A program made the translations under genes and the position numbers. This document shows, piece after piece, positions 1 to 7,638 of a stretch of 15,347 nt of DNA (positions within the stretch are counted from its first letter, which is position 1; the number at the start of each line of letters is the position of its first letter). The DNA comes from Methanothrix sp. (GTDB taxonomy: Archaea > Halobacteriota > Methanosarcinia > Methanotrichales > Methanotrichaceae): contig JBAXWY010000056.1 in NCBI GenBank assembly GCA_037128175.1, forward strand, positions 1-15,347, written 5' to 3'. Under the pieces are notes generated by a model. It was given only the letters and a program-made list of their open reading frames with translations. It had not been told where the DNA came from and searched no databases.

Positions 1-293
1 GCGTATGCAGCTTCCGAGAGGGCCAGATAGTCAGCCGCAAGACCGTAAGAAATTAGAGAAGCCGCATAAGCTGCGTCTGCATCTTGTGTTGCCTGGTCTG
101 CTATTGCCAGTGCCTCATTCATGATTGCTTGCTGTTCTGCCTGAATCACTTCGTAAGATTCTGCTAAGGCAAGAGCAGCTTCCGATTGTTCCAGCCAATC
201 GGCTGCCTCGGCATAATATGCAATCGAGTGTGCGGCGCTTTCCTCTGCGTCTTCTGTAGCCTGTTCTGCAATGTCCAGGCATTCATCCATTAT
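1..293 (-). repeat. 56-aa (168-nt, 8-heptad) tandem protein repeat
   Basis: IMDECLDIAEQATEDAEESAAHSIAYYAEAADWLEQSEAA aligns with IMNEALAIADQATQDADAAYAASLISYGLAADYLALSEAA; the Met codons at 290 and 122 are 168 nt apart. Confidence 0.75.
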
Positions 294-575
294 TTGGATT
301 TTGTCTATCTGTACTAAGTCGCTGTTATCTGCTTCTTCAGTTGTTTCTTCTAGAACTGCTCTGACCTTTTCAGCCAAATTCCTGGTTATGCCTGTTATTT
401 TTGTTACCTGCCAGGCACAATGGCATTTCTCGTGGGCCGGAAGTCGATAGGGTTCGCCGGCAGAATCTTCTGTGACGAATTTTCCTGAGATATGGTCTCT
501 GCACCACTCACAGGAAGTTCCGCCTACACTTCCCGCATGGACGAGCACCGATACCGTCTTCGTTTCACATGCCAT
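1..575 (-). CDS. Partial ORF running off the left edge: N-terminal MuF-like Cys/His Zn motif plus acidic Ala/Glu-rich coiled coil; probable virion protein
   Basis: Not in the ORF track; translated by hand from the ATG at 575, 5 nt after the upstream stop: MACETKTVSVLVHAGSVGGTSCEWCRDHISGKFVTEDSAGEPYRLPAHEKCHCAWQ...IMDECLDIAEQATEDAEESAAHSIAYYAEAADWLEQSEAAL... No stop codon in 191 codons. Confidence 0.85.
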   Translation of the reverse strand, partial: MACETKTVSVLVHAGSVGGTSCEWCRDHISGKFVTEDSAGEPYRLPAHEKCHCAWQVTKITGITRNLAEKVRAVLEETTEEADNSDLVQIDKIQIMDECLDIAEQATEDAEESAAHSIAYYAEAADWLEQSEAALALAESYEVIQAEQQAIMNEALAIADQATQDADAAYAASLISYGLAADYLALSEAAY

Positions 576-580
576 GGCGA

Positions 581-1915
581 TCAGTCTTCTGGGTTGTACC
601 CATCGTAAAGCGTAAGTTCCATAACATCGCCACCGAGGCGACTTTCAAAGGCTTTGTTGAATAGCCTCATGTTGTATTGGCCTGCGTAAGGCTCGCTGTA
701 AATTGTTACCCTGATGAAGTCGCCCAGTTTAAGAGTATGATCTGGTCTGGCCCAGATCCTCAGATAGCGCTCGTCTGCCATCTGGCCGAGCATATATCCG
801 GCTCTCGTAACCAGTTGCTCCTCTGTCATTGTGGATTGATACGGTATGTATTCCTTGTAGATCCCACCTGCAAGAGGATCCGTTTCGCCGAGGGCTTTTG
901 AACGGCCCCAGCGGTTTGGCGGCAGGTTGCAGAGGTTGAATGTATTCGTTCTACCTCTCAGTACGATTGAATCAAAACCGTGTTTAGTGTCATCCATGGT
1001 TCCAGTTTCAAAATCTATCAGATCCGCCTCTACGTAGGTTTTCCATGGATTGTCATACCAGCCCCTGTAAATTGTTTTATGAGCATCAACATCTTGATCC
1101 CCATCTTGGCGATTCACAAAGCTGAATTCCAGGCCCTGGGTTTCTGCAACCCTCATGAAAGAGGTCCAGAGCCTTTCTGTAAGCACATCCACCCCAGGCG
1201 GCACCAGCGTAGCTGTTGTGATCGACCCGGCCCGCAGATGGCAGTTCTTGAAATTAAGGATGTAACAGGGATAAGTCTGTGGGTTTCCGGTCGGCTCGCC
1301 CGCGGCAGTACGAATATAGATTCGGTCAGAATCCCTGAACCACTCGTTCACCTGCATTGCCTCAAGGCTCGCAGACTGCGTTAGTTGCGTTGAGCCAAGA
1401 TAGATGGCAGGTGTTATGAGCGGGATTCTGGGGGTGTAGAGTGCATCTGTGCCGGTTCGCTCCAGGCAATAGGTGTTTGCTGGTGCACCTTGCTCTGTTG
1501 CCAGCTTCCAGCCTGTTGCCAGAGAGCTTGCAACGAAGAGGAGGCCCTGGTTGGTGATGGTGTCACCCAGGAGGTCGTTTACCTGGACTGTCGCAGCATA
1601 ACTCTTCTGGAATGCAGAGCGCACATTTAGCAGCTTTGAAAATCCTGAGCAGTGATATTGCTGCGGTCGTTTGGACTTAAAAGACGGCCGCTTCATCTGA
1701 TCAAAGTAGCCGCAAAATACGGGCATGGCTGCGCCCGGCTTTGAAACCACGATTGTAGCGCGCTCATCAATTAACTGGCCATCATAGCATTTGAAACTCA
1801 GGCTCTGGTGATATAAAAATGGCCAATCCGAGCGATACTCTGTCGGGATAATCGTTAATGTGCTGCCATCTGGATTGGTTACAGAAAAAATTAATTCGGT
1901 AGGCATAGAGACCAC
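581..1915 (-). CDS. Putative baseplate hub / tail-tip (gp27/Tal-like) protein
   Basis: 444 aa, abuts the upstream stop. Layout recalls hub proteins: VFCGYF strand, CSGFSKLL, LWTSFMRVAETQGLEF helix, C-terminal LKLGDFIRV...MELTL barrel. The CDS is solid; the function is tentative. Confidence 0.5.
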   Translation of the reverse strand: MVSMPTELIFSVTNPDGSTLTIIPTEYRSDWPFLYHQSLSFKCYDGQLIDERATIVVSKPGAAMPVFCGYFDQMKRPSFKSKRPQQYHCSGFSKLLNVRSAFQKSYAATVQVNDLLGDTITNQGLLFVASSLATGWKLATEQGAPANTYCLERTGTDALYTPRIPLITPAIYLGSTQLTQSASLEAMQVNEWFRDSDRIYIRTAAGEPTGNPQTYPCYILNFKNCHLRAGSITTATLVPPGVDVLTERLWTSFMRVAETQGLEFSFVNRQDGDQDVDAHKTIYRGWYDNPWKTYVEADLIDFETGTMDDTKHGFDSIVLRGRTNTFNLCNLPPNRWGRSKALGETDPLAGGIYKEYIPYQSTMTEEQLVTRAGYMLGQMADERYLRIWARPDHTLKLGDFIRVTIYSEPYAGQYNMRLFNKAFESRLGGDVMELTLYDGYNPED

Positions 1916-3268
1916 TCAGGGCGAAATTGTGTAGCTGATTGTGCTGGTGGCGTCGTAGCTGCCCCTCTCGGCGTGTAGCCCGTCAATGACATCCACTCTG
2001 ATGCTATTGGTTCCTGAGTCGGCCAGGGTTGGAATCCAACGAATCCAATTTTGAGTACCCCAAGGGCTCAGGTCTTTCCAATTCGCACCAGGGGGCTTAT
2101 GCCAAAATTTGTATAACAGCTCTACCCCGTTTGGACCTGCTGCCGTTGCTATTATCTCAATCTCAGTTCCCGGTGGCTGAGGGCTTGCCAGGCGCGGAGC
2201 CAGACTGGTGATCGTGGGAGCTGTGCCGATACCAGCGATGGCTGTTACTGTATAGGATGCAGTTGCGTTATCGTCGTAACTGCCCTCTTTAGCGTGCAGG
2301 CCGTCTCTGATTTGGACTTCAATGGTGCTCTCGCCCACGTCCACCGTTTGAGGCTGCCATTGCCAGGCATTCTTATGGCTCCAGTCCTGCACGAGCATCT
2401 TGACGTTAGCAGTTCCGGGGCCGGTGAGGAAGAAGCGATATAATATCGGGTTGCTATCTGCATCTGTAGCCACGCAGATAAAATCGATCTTGGTTTGCTC
2501 CTCCTGCGGGCTGGCCAGGCTGGGAGTTAAGCTGGAGATCTCCGGCGCCGTGCCTGTGCCGGCAGAAGTGGCGGTGATGGTGTAATTGGCTGTCGTGCTT
2601 TGGTCTGCAGCTCCTTTTGAGGGCCCACCACGCACCTGCACCGTGATAACAGAGGCCCCAACATCCTGATCGCTGGTCCTCCAGGCAAAGCTATTGCGGC
2701 TCTGCCATCCGGTCATATCTCTGGAAGCAGAGCCGGTGCCCGGCCCGTTCACAAGGAAGCGATACTCCAGGCCCTGCGAAGGCGTGGCAGCAGCTACGAA
2801 AATGATCTCCTGGCCAGCGCCCTGGGGGCTGGCAATGGAGGGAGTGAGGGACAATATGTAGCTGACTTTTACATGGCAAAAGACCTCTAGCCGGCAGCGA
2901 TAGGCGGCCAGGTTCTTATCAAATGCCACATCACCCTGGACCTTCAAGACCTCGGCCCCGGTGAAACCATCATCTAAAATGATGCGGATTACATCGGCAA
3001 TCTCAGCGCAATACTCTGCCCCTCCATCGGTCCCCTTGCGAGACCTGATATCTACTGCAAAGATTGGATCTGAGGCTACGAGCTGACCGGAAATGTCCTG
3101 GGCCTCGCAAGAAATGAGGCTCTTATTAACGGCATTTCGCAGGTCTACATCACTCTTTTCCAAGGGCTTGTTCTTGTAAATCTTTGCATCAACCATTGCA
3201 CTTAGAGCCGCATTTCCAGTCAGGGCACTCAGGAGATTATCTAAAAGAGTAAATGCCGTTTTTACCAC
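1916..3268 (-). CDS. Tail-terminator/completion-like domain (about aa 1-135) fused to three Ig-like (Y_Y_Y-type) repeats
   Basis: N-terminus LLSALTGNAALSAMVDAKIY...FAVDIRS...IADVIRIILD resembles DUF3168/SPP1 gp17-like proteins; followed by three repeats of SLxPxxASPQ...YRF...W...W...DxG...IxVxVxxG. Confidence 0.65.
   Translation of the reverse strand: MVKTAFTLLDNLLSALTGNAALSAMVDAKIYKNKPLEKSDVDLRNAVNKSLISCEAQDISGQLVASDPIFAVDIRSRKGTDGGAEYCAEIADVIRIILDDGFTGAEVLKVQGDVAFDKNLAAYRCRLEVFCHVKVSYILSLTPSIASPQGAGQEIIFVAAATPSQGLEYRFLVNGPGTGSASRDMTGWQSRNSFAWRTSDQDVGASVITVQVRGGPSKGAADQSTTANYTITATSAGTGTAPEISSLTPSLASPQEEQTKIDFICVATDADSNPILYRFFLTGPGTANVKMLVQDWSHKNAWQWQPQTVDVGESTIEVQIRDGLHAKEGSYDDNATASYTVTAIAGIGTAPTITSLAPRLASPQPPGTEIEIIATAAGPNGVELLYKFWHKPPGANWKDLSPWGTQNWIRWIPTLADSGTNSIRVDVIDGLHAERGSYDATSTISYTISP
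1919..2857 (-). repeat. Three ~100-aa Ig-like repeats
   Basis: Approximately aa 138-233, 241-343 and 350-449, joined by AGTGTAP / AGIGTAP linkers. Confidence 0.85.
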
Positions 3269-3280
3269 ATCCTTAATTCC

Positions 3281-4018
3281 TCAAGGAGAAAACCACACTG
3301 CAGGAAGCATGTCAGTCTTGCCCTGAATGGCCACGAGCTTAACTCCATTGGCATCTACGACCGTCTTGATACCATCAATCAGGAGATCTGTTCTTCCTCC
3401 ATCGGCCAGCTCGGCCTGGATCTCGGCAGTATCGCCCAGGATGGCATCAATATGGCCGTGCAGGGTGGTTAAGGTGGCCTCATTGGCGGGACTGGCCGGC
3501 AAGTTATCTGTCTTGGCCTTGATAGCTGCCGTCTCGGTCTTGACTGCTGGTAAATCGGTGTCGTGGATGTTGTCGAGAATGCTGTCAATCGTATTTACTG
3601 AGCTTTGAGATGCTGCGGTCTTAGCTGCATCATAAGCAGCAGTGAGGGTCATAGCATCCCCAGCCTTTGCAGGTGCATAGCTGCCCTGGGTGGCTGCAAG
3701 TGTGACTTCTCCAATTGGCCGGGCCTTGGTGTTGATAAGGATTACTTGCGGTATGGCCCCGGTGGAGCTGGACTTTATGAGAAGCACGATGTAATCATTG
3801 TTCATCTCTGTCTGAGAAAGTGAGAGATAATAGATGCCCGTAGATCCTATTTCTGTTGCCTCATTGGTGCAATCTGTGAGGCCGTTAGGTGCTGCCCCAT
3901 CAGCCCAAGCATCAATCTCAGAATCAAGGCCAGCAGCACCAATTAGTAAAGTTCCATCATTCTTTTTTAGAGGAAATGTTACGTAGGAGGCCACATTTTT
4001 AGCCCTTGATAATTCCAT
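3281..4018 (-). CDS. Putative virion fibre/structural protein (beta-sandwich N-terminus plus coiled-coil stalk)
   Basis: 245 aa. N-terminal YVTFPL...ATEIGSTGIYYLSLSQTEMN; C-terminal repeats AIKAKTDNLPA / AIQGKTDMLPA. Confidence 0.55.
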   Translation of the reverse strand: MELSRAKNVASYVTFPLKKNDGTLLIGAAGLDSEIDAWADGAAPNGLTDCTNEATEIGSTGIYYLSLSQTEMNNDYIVLLIKSSSTGAIPQVILINTKARPIGEVTLAATQGSYAPAKAGDAMTLTAAYDAAKTAASQSSVNTIDSILDNIHDTDLPAVKTETAAIKAKTDNLPASPANEATLTTLHGHIDAILGDTAEIQAELADGGRTDLLIDGIKTVVDANGVKLVAIQGKTDMLPAVWFSP

Positions 4019-4921
4019 TTAGTCCATCACCCCATGAAAAATGCCTTCGCAAAATCCACGGCCAAAATAAGCACTAGACGAGTCGCTTGTGTATACTTCA
4101 GTTGCTGAGTACCATATACCTCCAGAGCTACTCATGCCACCCATGCAAATTGCATTTGATGAAGTGCCTCCTCCAGCTAAGTGATATCGGGCAGTTAATA
4201 AATTGCCACCTGCTGCCCAAGCAGTGCCATTATATTCTTCAGTTAGATTGGTTACTCCATAAGGAGACCAAATGAGGCCACCTGTGCAAATTGCATTCGA
4301 TGAGTTGCCGCCACCTGCCGGGCATTCTCGCCCTGTCCCAAGGTCTCCACCATAACCCCATGATGTGCCATTATATTCTTGAGTTACAATGAAGGTATCT
4401 TTATCCCCCGCACAAATAGCATCTGACGAATTGCCTCCGCTAACGGAATTACGTATGCTTGATCCAAGATCTCCTCCCCAACCCCAGGCAGTTCCATTAA
4501 ATTCCTCTGTTGAGATAACGTCTAATTCTTCATCATTTTCGTCTTGTATGTAGCCACCCATACAGATGGCATTTGCGGAATTACCGCCCCCTGATGAGCC
4601 CCTTCGTAGGTCTGATATTTCAGCACCAGAACTCCAGGAAGTGCCATTATATTCTTCCGTTGTAGCAGTAAATTGAGCATCTCCGTCCTTGCCACCCATA
4701 CAAATGGCATCCGAGGAGTTACCACTACCTGCAAAGTCATACCGTGCAGTTAATAAATCGCCACCAGAACTCCAGGCAGTGCCATTATATTCCTCAGTTA
4801 CAATAGTATCCTCATATGAGGAATTCGTGCCACCCATAGAAATGGCATCTGCAGAATTACCACCACCTTTTAAATCCATTCGCGCTGTTGCGAGATCGCC
4901 TCCCGCGCTCCAAGTCCCCAT
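4019..4921 (-). CDS. Six-bladed Kelch-like beta-propeller, probable receptor-binding protein
   Basis: Six repeats of W-x-x-GGDL-x-TAR...GGGNSSxAICMGG...TEEYNGT with loops of variable length. Confidence 0.8.
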   Translation of the reverse strand: MGTWSAGGDLATARMDLKGGGNSADAISMGGTNSSYEDTIVTEEYNGTAWSSGGDLLTARYDFAGSGNSSDAICMGGKDGDAQFTATTEEYNGTSWSSGAEISDLRRGSSGGGNSANAICMGGYIQDENDEELDVISTEEFNGTAWGWGGDLGSSIRNSVSGGNSSDAICAGDKDTFIVTQEYNGTSWGYGGDLGTGRECPAGGGNSSNAICTGGLIWSPYGVTNLTEEYNGTAWAAGGNLLTARYHLAGGGTSSNAICMGGMSSSGGIWYSATEVYTSDSSSAYFGRGFCEGIFHGVMD

Positions 4922-5581
4922 TCAAGCACCACGAAGGAGTTTCTTTGATCGCTCGACTAGCTGTTGTGGTAGCCTGATTTTGCGTTTCTCGCATTCAGCA
5001 AGCATGGTCCTGGCCTGGGCAATGATGTTAACTGCTCCACCAACATCATTTCCGGCCCGGCAGGCTGCCGGTAGCTCCCAGAGATATCGTAAAGTGAGGG
5101 CCTTTAGTTCATCTGTATCTTTATTGTTGATGTCAAACTCATCAGACTCAGCGAGATCCTCCTTGATCTGAGACCACATTTTAAGCTCTCTAATGCGTTC
5201 CTGGCCGTCTTTTCGCATCCACATAAGTTTAAACTGCAGCCGGTCTCTCTGTACTTCCTGCTTTCTTAGTTCAAATCCTTCTGTGGAACCGATTTTAAAG
5301 TTAACTTCTTCTAAATCGATTTGGGCAGCTCGATAATCGAATGATAAGCTGACCAGGTTTTCAAACATCACCAATTGCTCGCGTTTGGCCTGATGATATT
5401 TGCTTGCCGGGGTGGGGTGTTTGACATCATTTAATATGCTGAAAAGGGCTTCTGTAGTTGTTCTGTAGATTGTATGGCTCTGGATGGCCGTTTCAATCTC
5501 CGGAATCAGTCCTTGTAATACGATTAAGTCTTCATTGGCGAGAACAAAACTGTCTTTAATATTATTTAGGGCGTCTGACAT
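4922..5581 (-). CDS. Helical/coiled-coil protein, putative partner or chaperone of the propeller
   Basis: 219 aa, abuts the propeller gene. Motif YRTTTEALFSILNDVKHPTPASKYHQAKREQ...RIRELKMWSQIK. Confidence 0.6.
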   Translation of the reverse strand: MSDALNNIKDSFVLANEDLIVLQGLIPEIETAIQSHTIYRTTTEALFSILNDVKHPTPASKYHQAKREQLVMFENLVSLSFDYRAAQIDLEEVNFKIGSTEGFELRKQEVQRDRLQFKLMWMRKDGQERIRELKMWSQIKEDLAESDEFDINNKDTDELKALTLRYLWELPAACRAGNDVGGAVNIIAQARTMLAECEKRKIRLPQQLVERSKKLLRGA

Positions 5582-5584
5582 AGT

Positions 5585-5842
5585 TTACCAATCCTCCGCC
5601 ACCCAGGCAAAGTTTCTGCCTACATAGACCGTTATGTGAAAATGAGTGGTGTCCACAGTTAGGTTAGAAAAAACTGTGGACTCCCCTACATCCAGGGGAA
5701 TAAGGTCCAGCCTCTTTGGCGCTACTGTAAAGCCATGGCTGATTTCCTGATCTGAGCCCGCCCCCGTAGAGGTGCCGGAGTGGCGCACAACGACGCCAGC
5801 AATTTCTTGAAAGACTCCGGCACCTTTTTGGAGGGCTTTCAT
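5585..5842 (-). CDS. Small beta-rich fibre-tip-like protein (H-type-lectin-like pattern)
   Basis: 85 aa. ISHGFTVAP...VDTTHFHITV...FAWVAE pattern typical of fibre C-terminal domains. Confidence 0.5.
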   Translation of the reverse strand: MKALQKGAGVFQEIAGVVVRHSGTSTGAGSDQEISHGFTVAPKRLDLIPLDVGESTVFSNLTVDTTHFHITVYVGRNFAWVAEDW

Positions 5843-5845
5843 AAA

Positions 5846-6361
5846 TCACACCAGCACGATGGGGACCTTGTCAGGATCGAACTTTATCTCTGCCTCACCA
5901 ACCGCTTCACCGACGCACTGGACCATATTACCAGATCCAGTCGGTGCAGTAGCCGATACTATGCCGGGTGTGGTTGTCAGGTAGTATTTCGCGCCCGGTG
6001 TGAGGCCTGTGCCTGGAAGTTCCCCGTCCAAGTACACAGTGACATTTGCTCCTGCCTCGGCTACTTCCTTTACATACCCCTGTGCCCTTTTTGTCGAGTC
6101 TGTCGCATTGGCTTTGTCTGCCGTGAGTGTGGTCGTGACCAGGTGAATATACACGACATCGTTGGCATCCAGTCCCCCGACTCCCGCTTTGCAGACAACA
6201 GTTTCAGCCGCAACCCCTGCCGGCATCATGTTCTCGTTCAGTCTCCCATCAGCACCTAATGCTGGAATGAGGCCGGCGCTTCCGCTTCCAGCACTCGTGT
6301 CGATTGCCTGTGCTTCCTGGAATACACCAGCGCCTTTAGATAGAAATTTCTGATTTGTCAT
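5846..6361 (-). CDS. Cement/spike-like (DUF2190-related) structural protein
   Basis: 171 aa. DVVYI...KANATD...AQGYV...AGANVTVYLDG...GLTPGAKYYL...VQCVGEA. Confidence 0.6.
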   Translation of the reverse strand: MTNQKFLSKGAGVFQEAQAIDTSAGSGSAGLIPALGADGRLNENMMPAGVAAETVVCKAGVGGLDANDVVYIHLVTTTLTADKANATDSTKRAQGYVKEVAEAGANVTVYLDGELPGTGLTPGAKYYLTTTPGIVSATAPTGSGNMVQCVGEAVGEAEIKFDPDKVPIVLV

Positions 6362-6820
6362 TTATATCACCAAAACTGGTTCACTCAATTTGATTATCAA
6401 CGTCGTCCGATCTTTTGAGGTTCCAACCTTCTGCCAGAAACCTCTGCTTGGAGGTGTTCTTGATATCGTTCCGGCGAGGGCCAGATAATAGATCTCGCCT
6501 GCATCCAAATCCCATGATGGATTCGTGATTTCTCCTGCTACCTGAATTGTGACAGGTTGCCCAGCAGCTCTTGCCTCCGCCGTGATGCCGACTGCAAGCC
6601 CCGCATGTGTCGGGTTCTCGCCATCTGCACAATGAGCCGTTCCATCGGCAGGGTTGATTATCACAAACTGGTAGGCAGCCACCCCGCCCGATACCGCAAA
6701 TATCGAATGGCCGGTTAGGTTGAAGATGGGGGGATCAACTCCCACCCCAATCTGAAATCCTATAGATGAATCAGTCACATTCACCACTGGAGACAGATTA
6801 GTCACTGTGACAAGCGTCAT
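6362..6820 (-). CDS. Cement/spike-like (DUF2190-related) structural protein, paralog of 5846-6361
   Basis: 152 aa. AVGITAEARAAGQPVTIQVAGEI...AGEIYYLALAGTISRTPP...QKVG parallels the neighbouring protein. Confidence 0.6.
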   Translation of the reverse strand: MTLVTVTNLSPVVNVTDSSIGFQIGVGVDPPIFNLTGHSIFAVSGGVAAYQFVIINPADGTAHCADGENPTHAGLAVGITAEARAAGQPVTIQVAGEITNPSWDLDAGEIYYLALAGTISRTPPSRGFWQKVGTSKDRTTLIIKLSEPVLVI

Positions 6821-7158
6821 AGCACCACGTTATCCTTCAGGGTTAATTTGCCGACGAATAGCGTTTCTCGAATGCCCGATGCATACGTGATTTCTGCTGC
6901 AAAGTAGTAGACAGTATTCGCCAAGGTCGCCATCAGTGTAGCGGAGATGATTATGGTAAAATTCCCTGCCGAGTCATTTCTAGCTATCGAGTAGCCATCG
7001 GATAACTCCGTAATCTCCCCCAGCTTGAACCTGATTGCAGCTCCAACAATGGATAGCGGAACATGAGTGATTGCTCCTGATTCCGATACCTGGGGAATCG
7101 TTAATGCCACTGGCAAGACTAAGCTATTCCCATGATACCGTTCGATACAAAAATCCAT
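6817..7158 (-). CDS. BppU-N-like Ig-fold adaptor protein
   Basis: 113 aa. HGNSLVLPV...PLSIVGAAIRF...AGNFTIIISA...YYFAAEIT...TLFVGKLTL; ATGA overlap with the next gene. Confidence 0.55.
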   Translation of the reverse strand: MDFCIERYHGNSLVLPVALTIPQVSESGAITHVPLSIVGAAIRFKLGEITELSDGYSIARNDSAGNFTIIISATLMATLANTVYYFAAEITYASGIRETLFVGKLTLKDNVVL

Positions 7159-7214
7159 ATCTTGCCGTCCACCATGCCGTTTATGCCCGCATTTCCAGTG
7201 AGAGCGTTCTTAAT
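7158..7214 (-). pseudogene. Relic 5' fragment of a tail-terminator-like gene
   Basis: Intergenic DNA translates to IKNALTGNAGINGMVDGKI versus LLSALTGNAALSAMVDAKI in 1916-3268. No start codon; the similarity ends at the ATG at 7158. Confidence 0.7.
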
Positions 7215-7215
7215 T

Positions 7216-7638
7216 TCACCTGCCGGCGTTGCCTTTGTTCAGCTTCTGCAAAGACTGCTTGAGGAACTCAGGCAGAGGCACACCCAACCGGCCCATATTT
7301 TCCAATGCTGAAAGCCCCTCGTTGGCAATGAAAAACCAGATGACAGCCGTCCTCAGGTAGGGCTCATCCAGGCCGGAGGAGATGTCCAGGATATTGGCCA
7401 CGGCCACCATAAGAAATATGCAGACCTTTTTGATGATGCCCTTCATCCCGATCTCTGAACTCAGGGTCTTCTCAATATAGGCCGCCATCACGCCCGTTAT
7501 GTAGTCAATGACCACCAGGGCGATGAGGGCCTTTAGGATGACATCCCACGCACCGAACAGATAGATCCCTCCCGTTCCAACGCCGGCCAGGAGAAGCTTG
7601 AAGGTCTCCGGGCCGCGCTCACCCAAAATCTGATTCAT
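7216..7638 (-). CDS. Phage holin (Phage_holin_4_1 / toxin-secretion-lysis holin family)
   Basis: FGAWD...LVVIDYITGVMAA...LSSEIGMKGIIKK...FFIANEGLSALENMGRLGVPLPEFLK, the family signature, with several hydrophobic segments. Confidence 0.9.
   Translation of the reverse strand: MNQILGERGPETFKLLLAGVGTGGIYLFGAWDVILKALIALVVIDYITGVMAAYIEKTLSSEIGMKGIIKKVCIFLMVAVANILDISSGLDEPYLRTAVIWFFIANEGLSALENMGRLGVPLPEFLKQSLQKLNKGNAGR

Noticed and set aside
4019-4921. Propeller repeats as a CRISPR array or a diversity-generating retroelement target
   Set aside because: The repeats are in-frame, degenerate protein repeats; no cas or reverse transcriptase gene, and no template/variable pair with adenine-specific differences is visible.
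1915-6362. Zero-gap stop/start junctions at 1915/1916, 4018/4019, 4921/4922 and 6361/6362 as read-through fusions
   Set aside because: They are in frame, but the stops differ (TGA and TAA) and there is no shared read-through context; ordinary translational coupling explains them.
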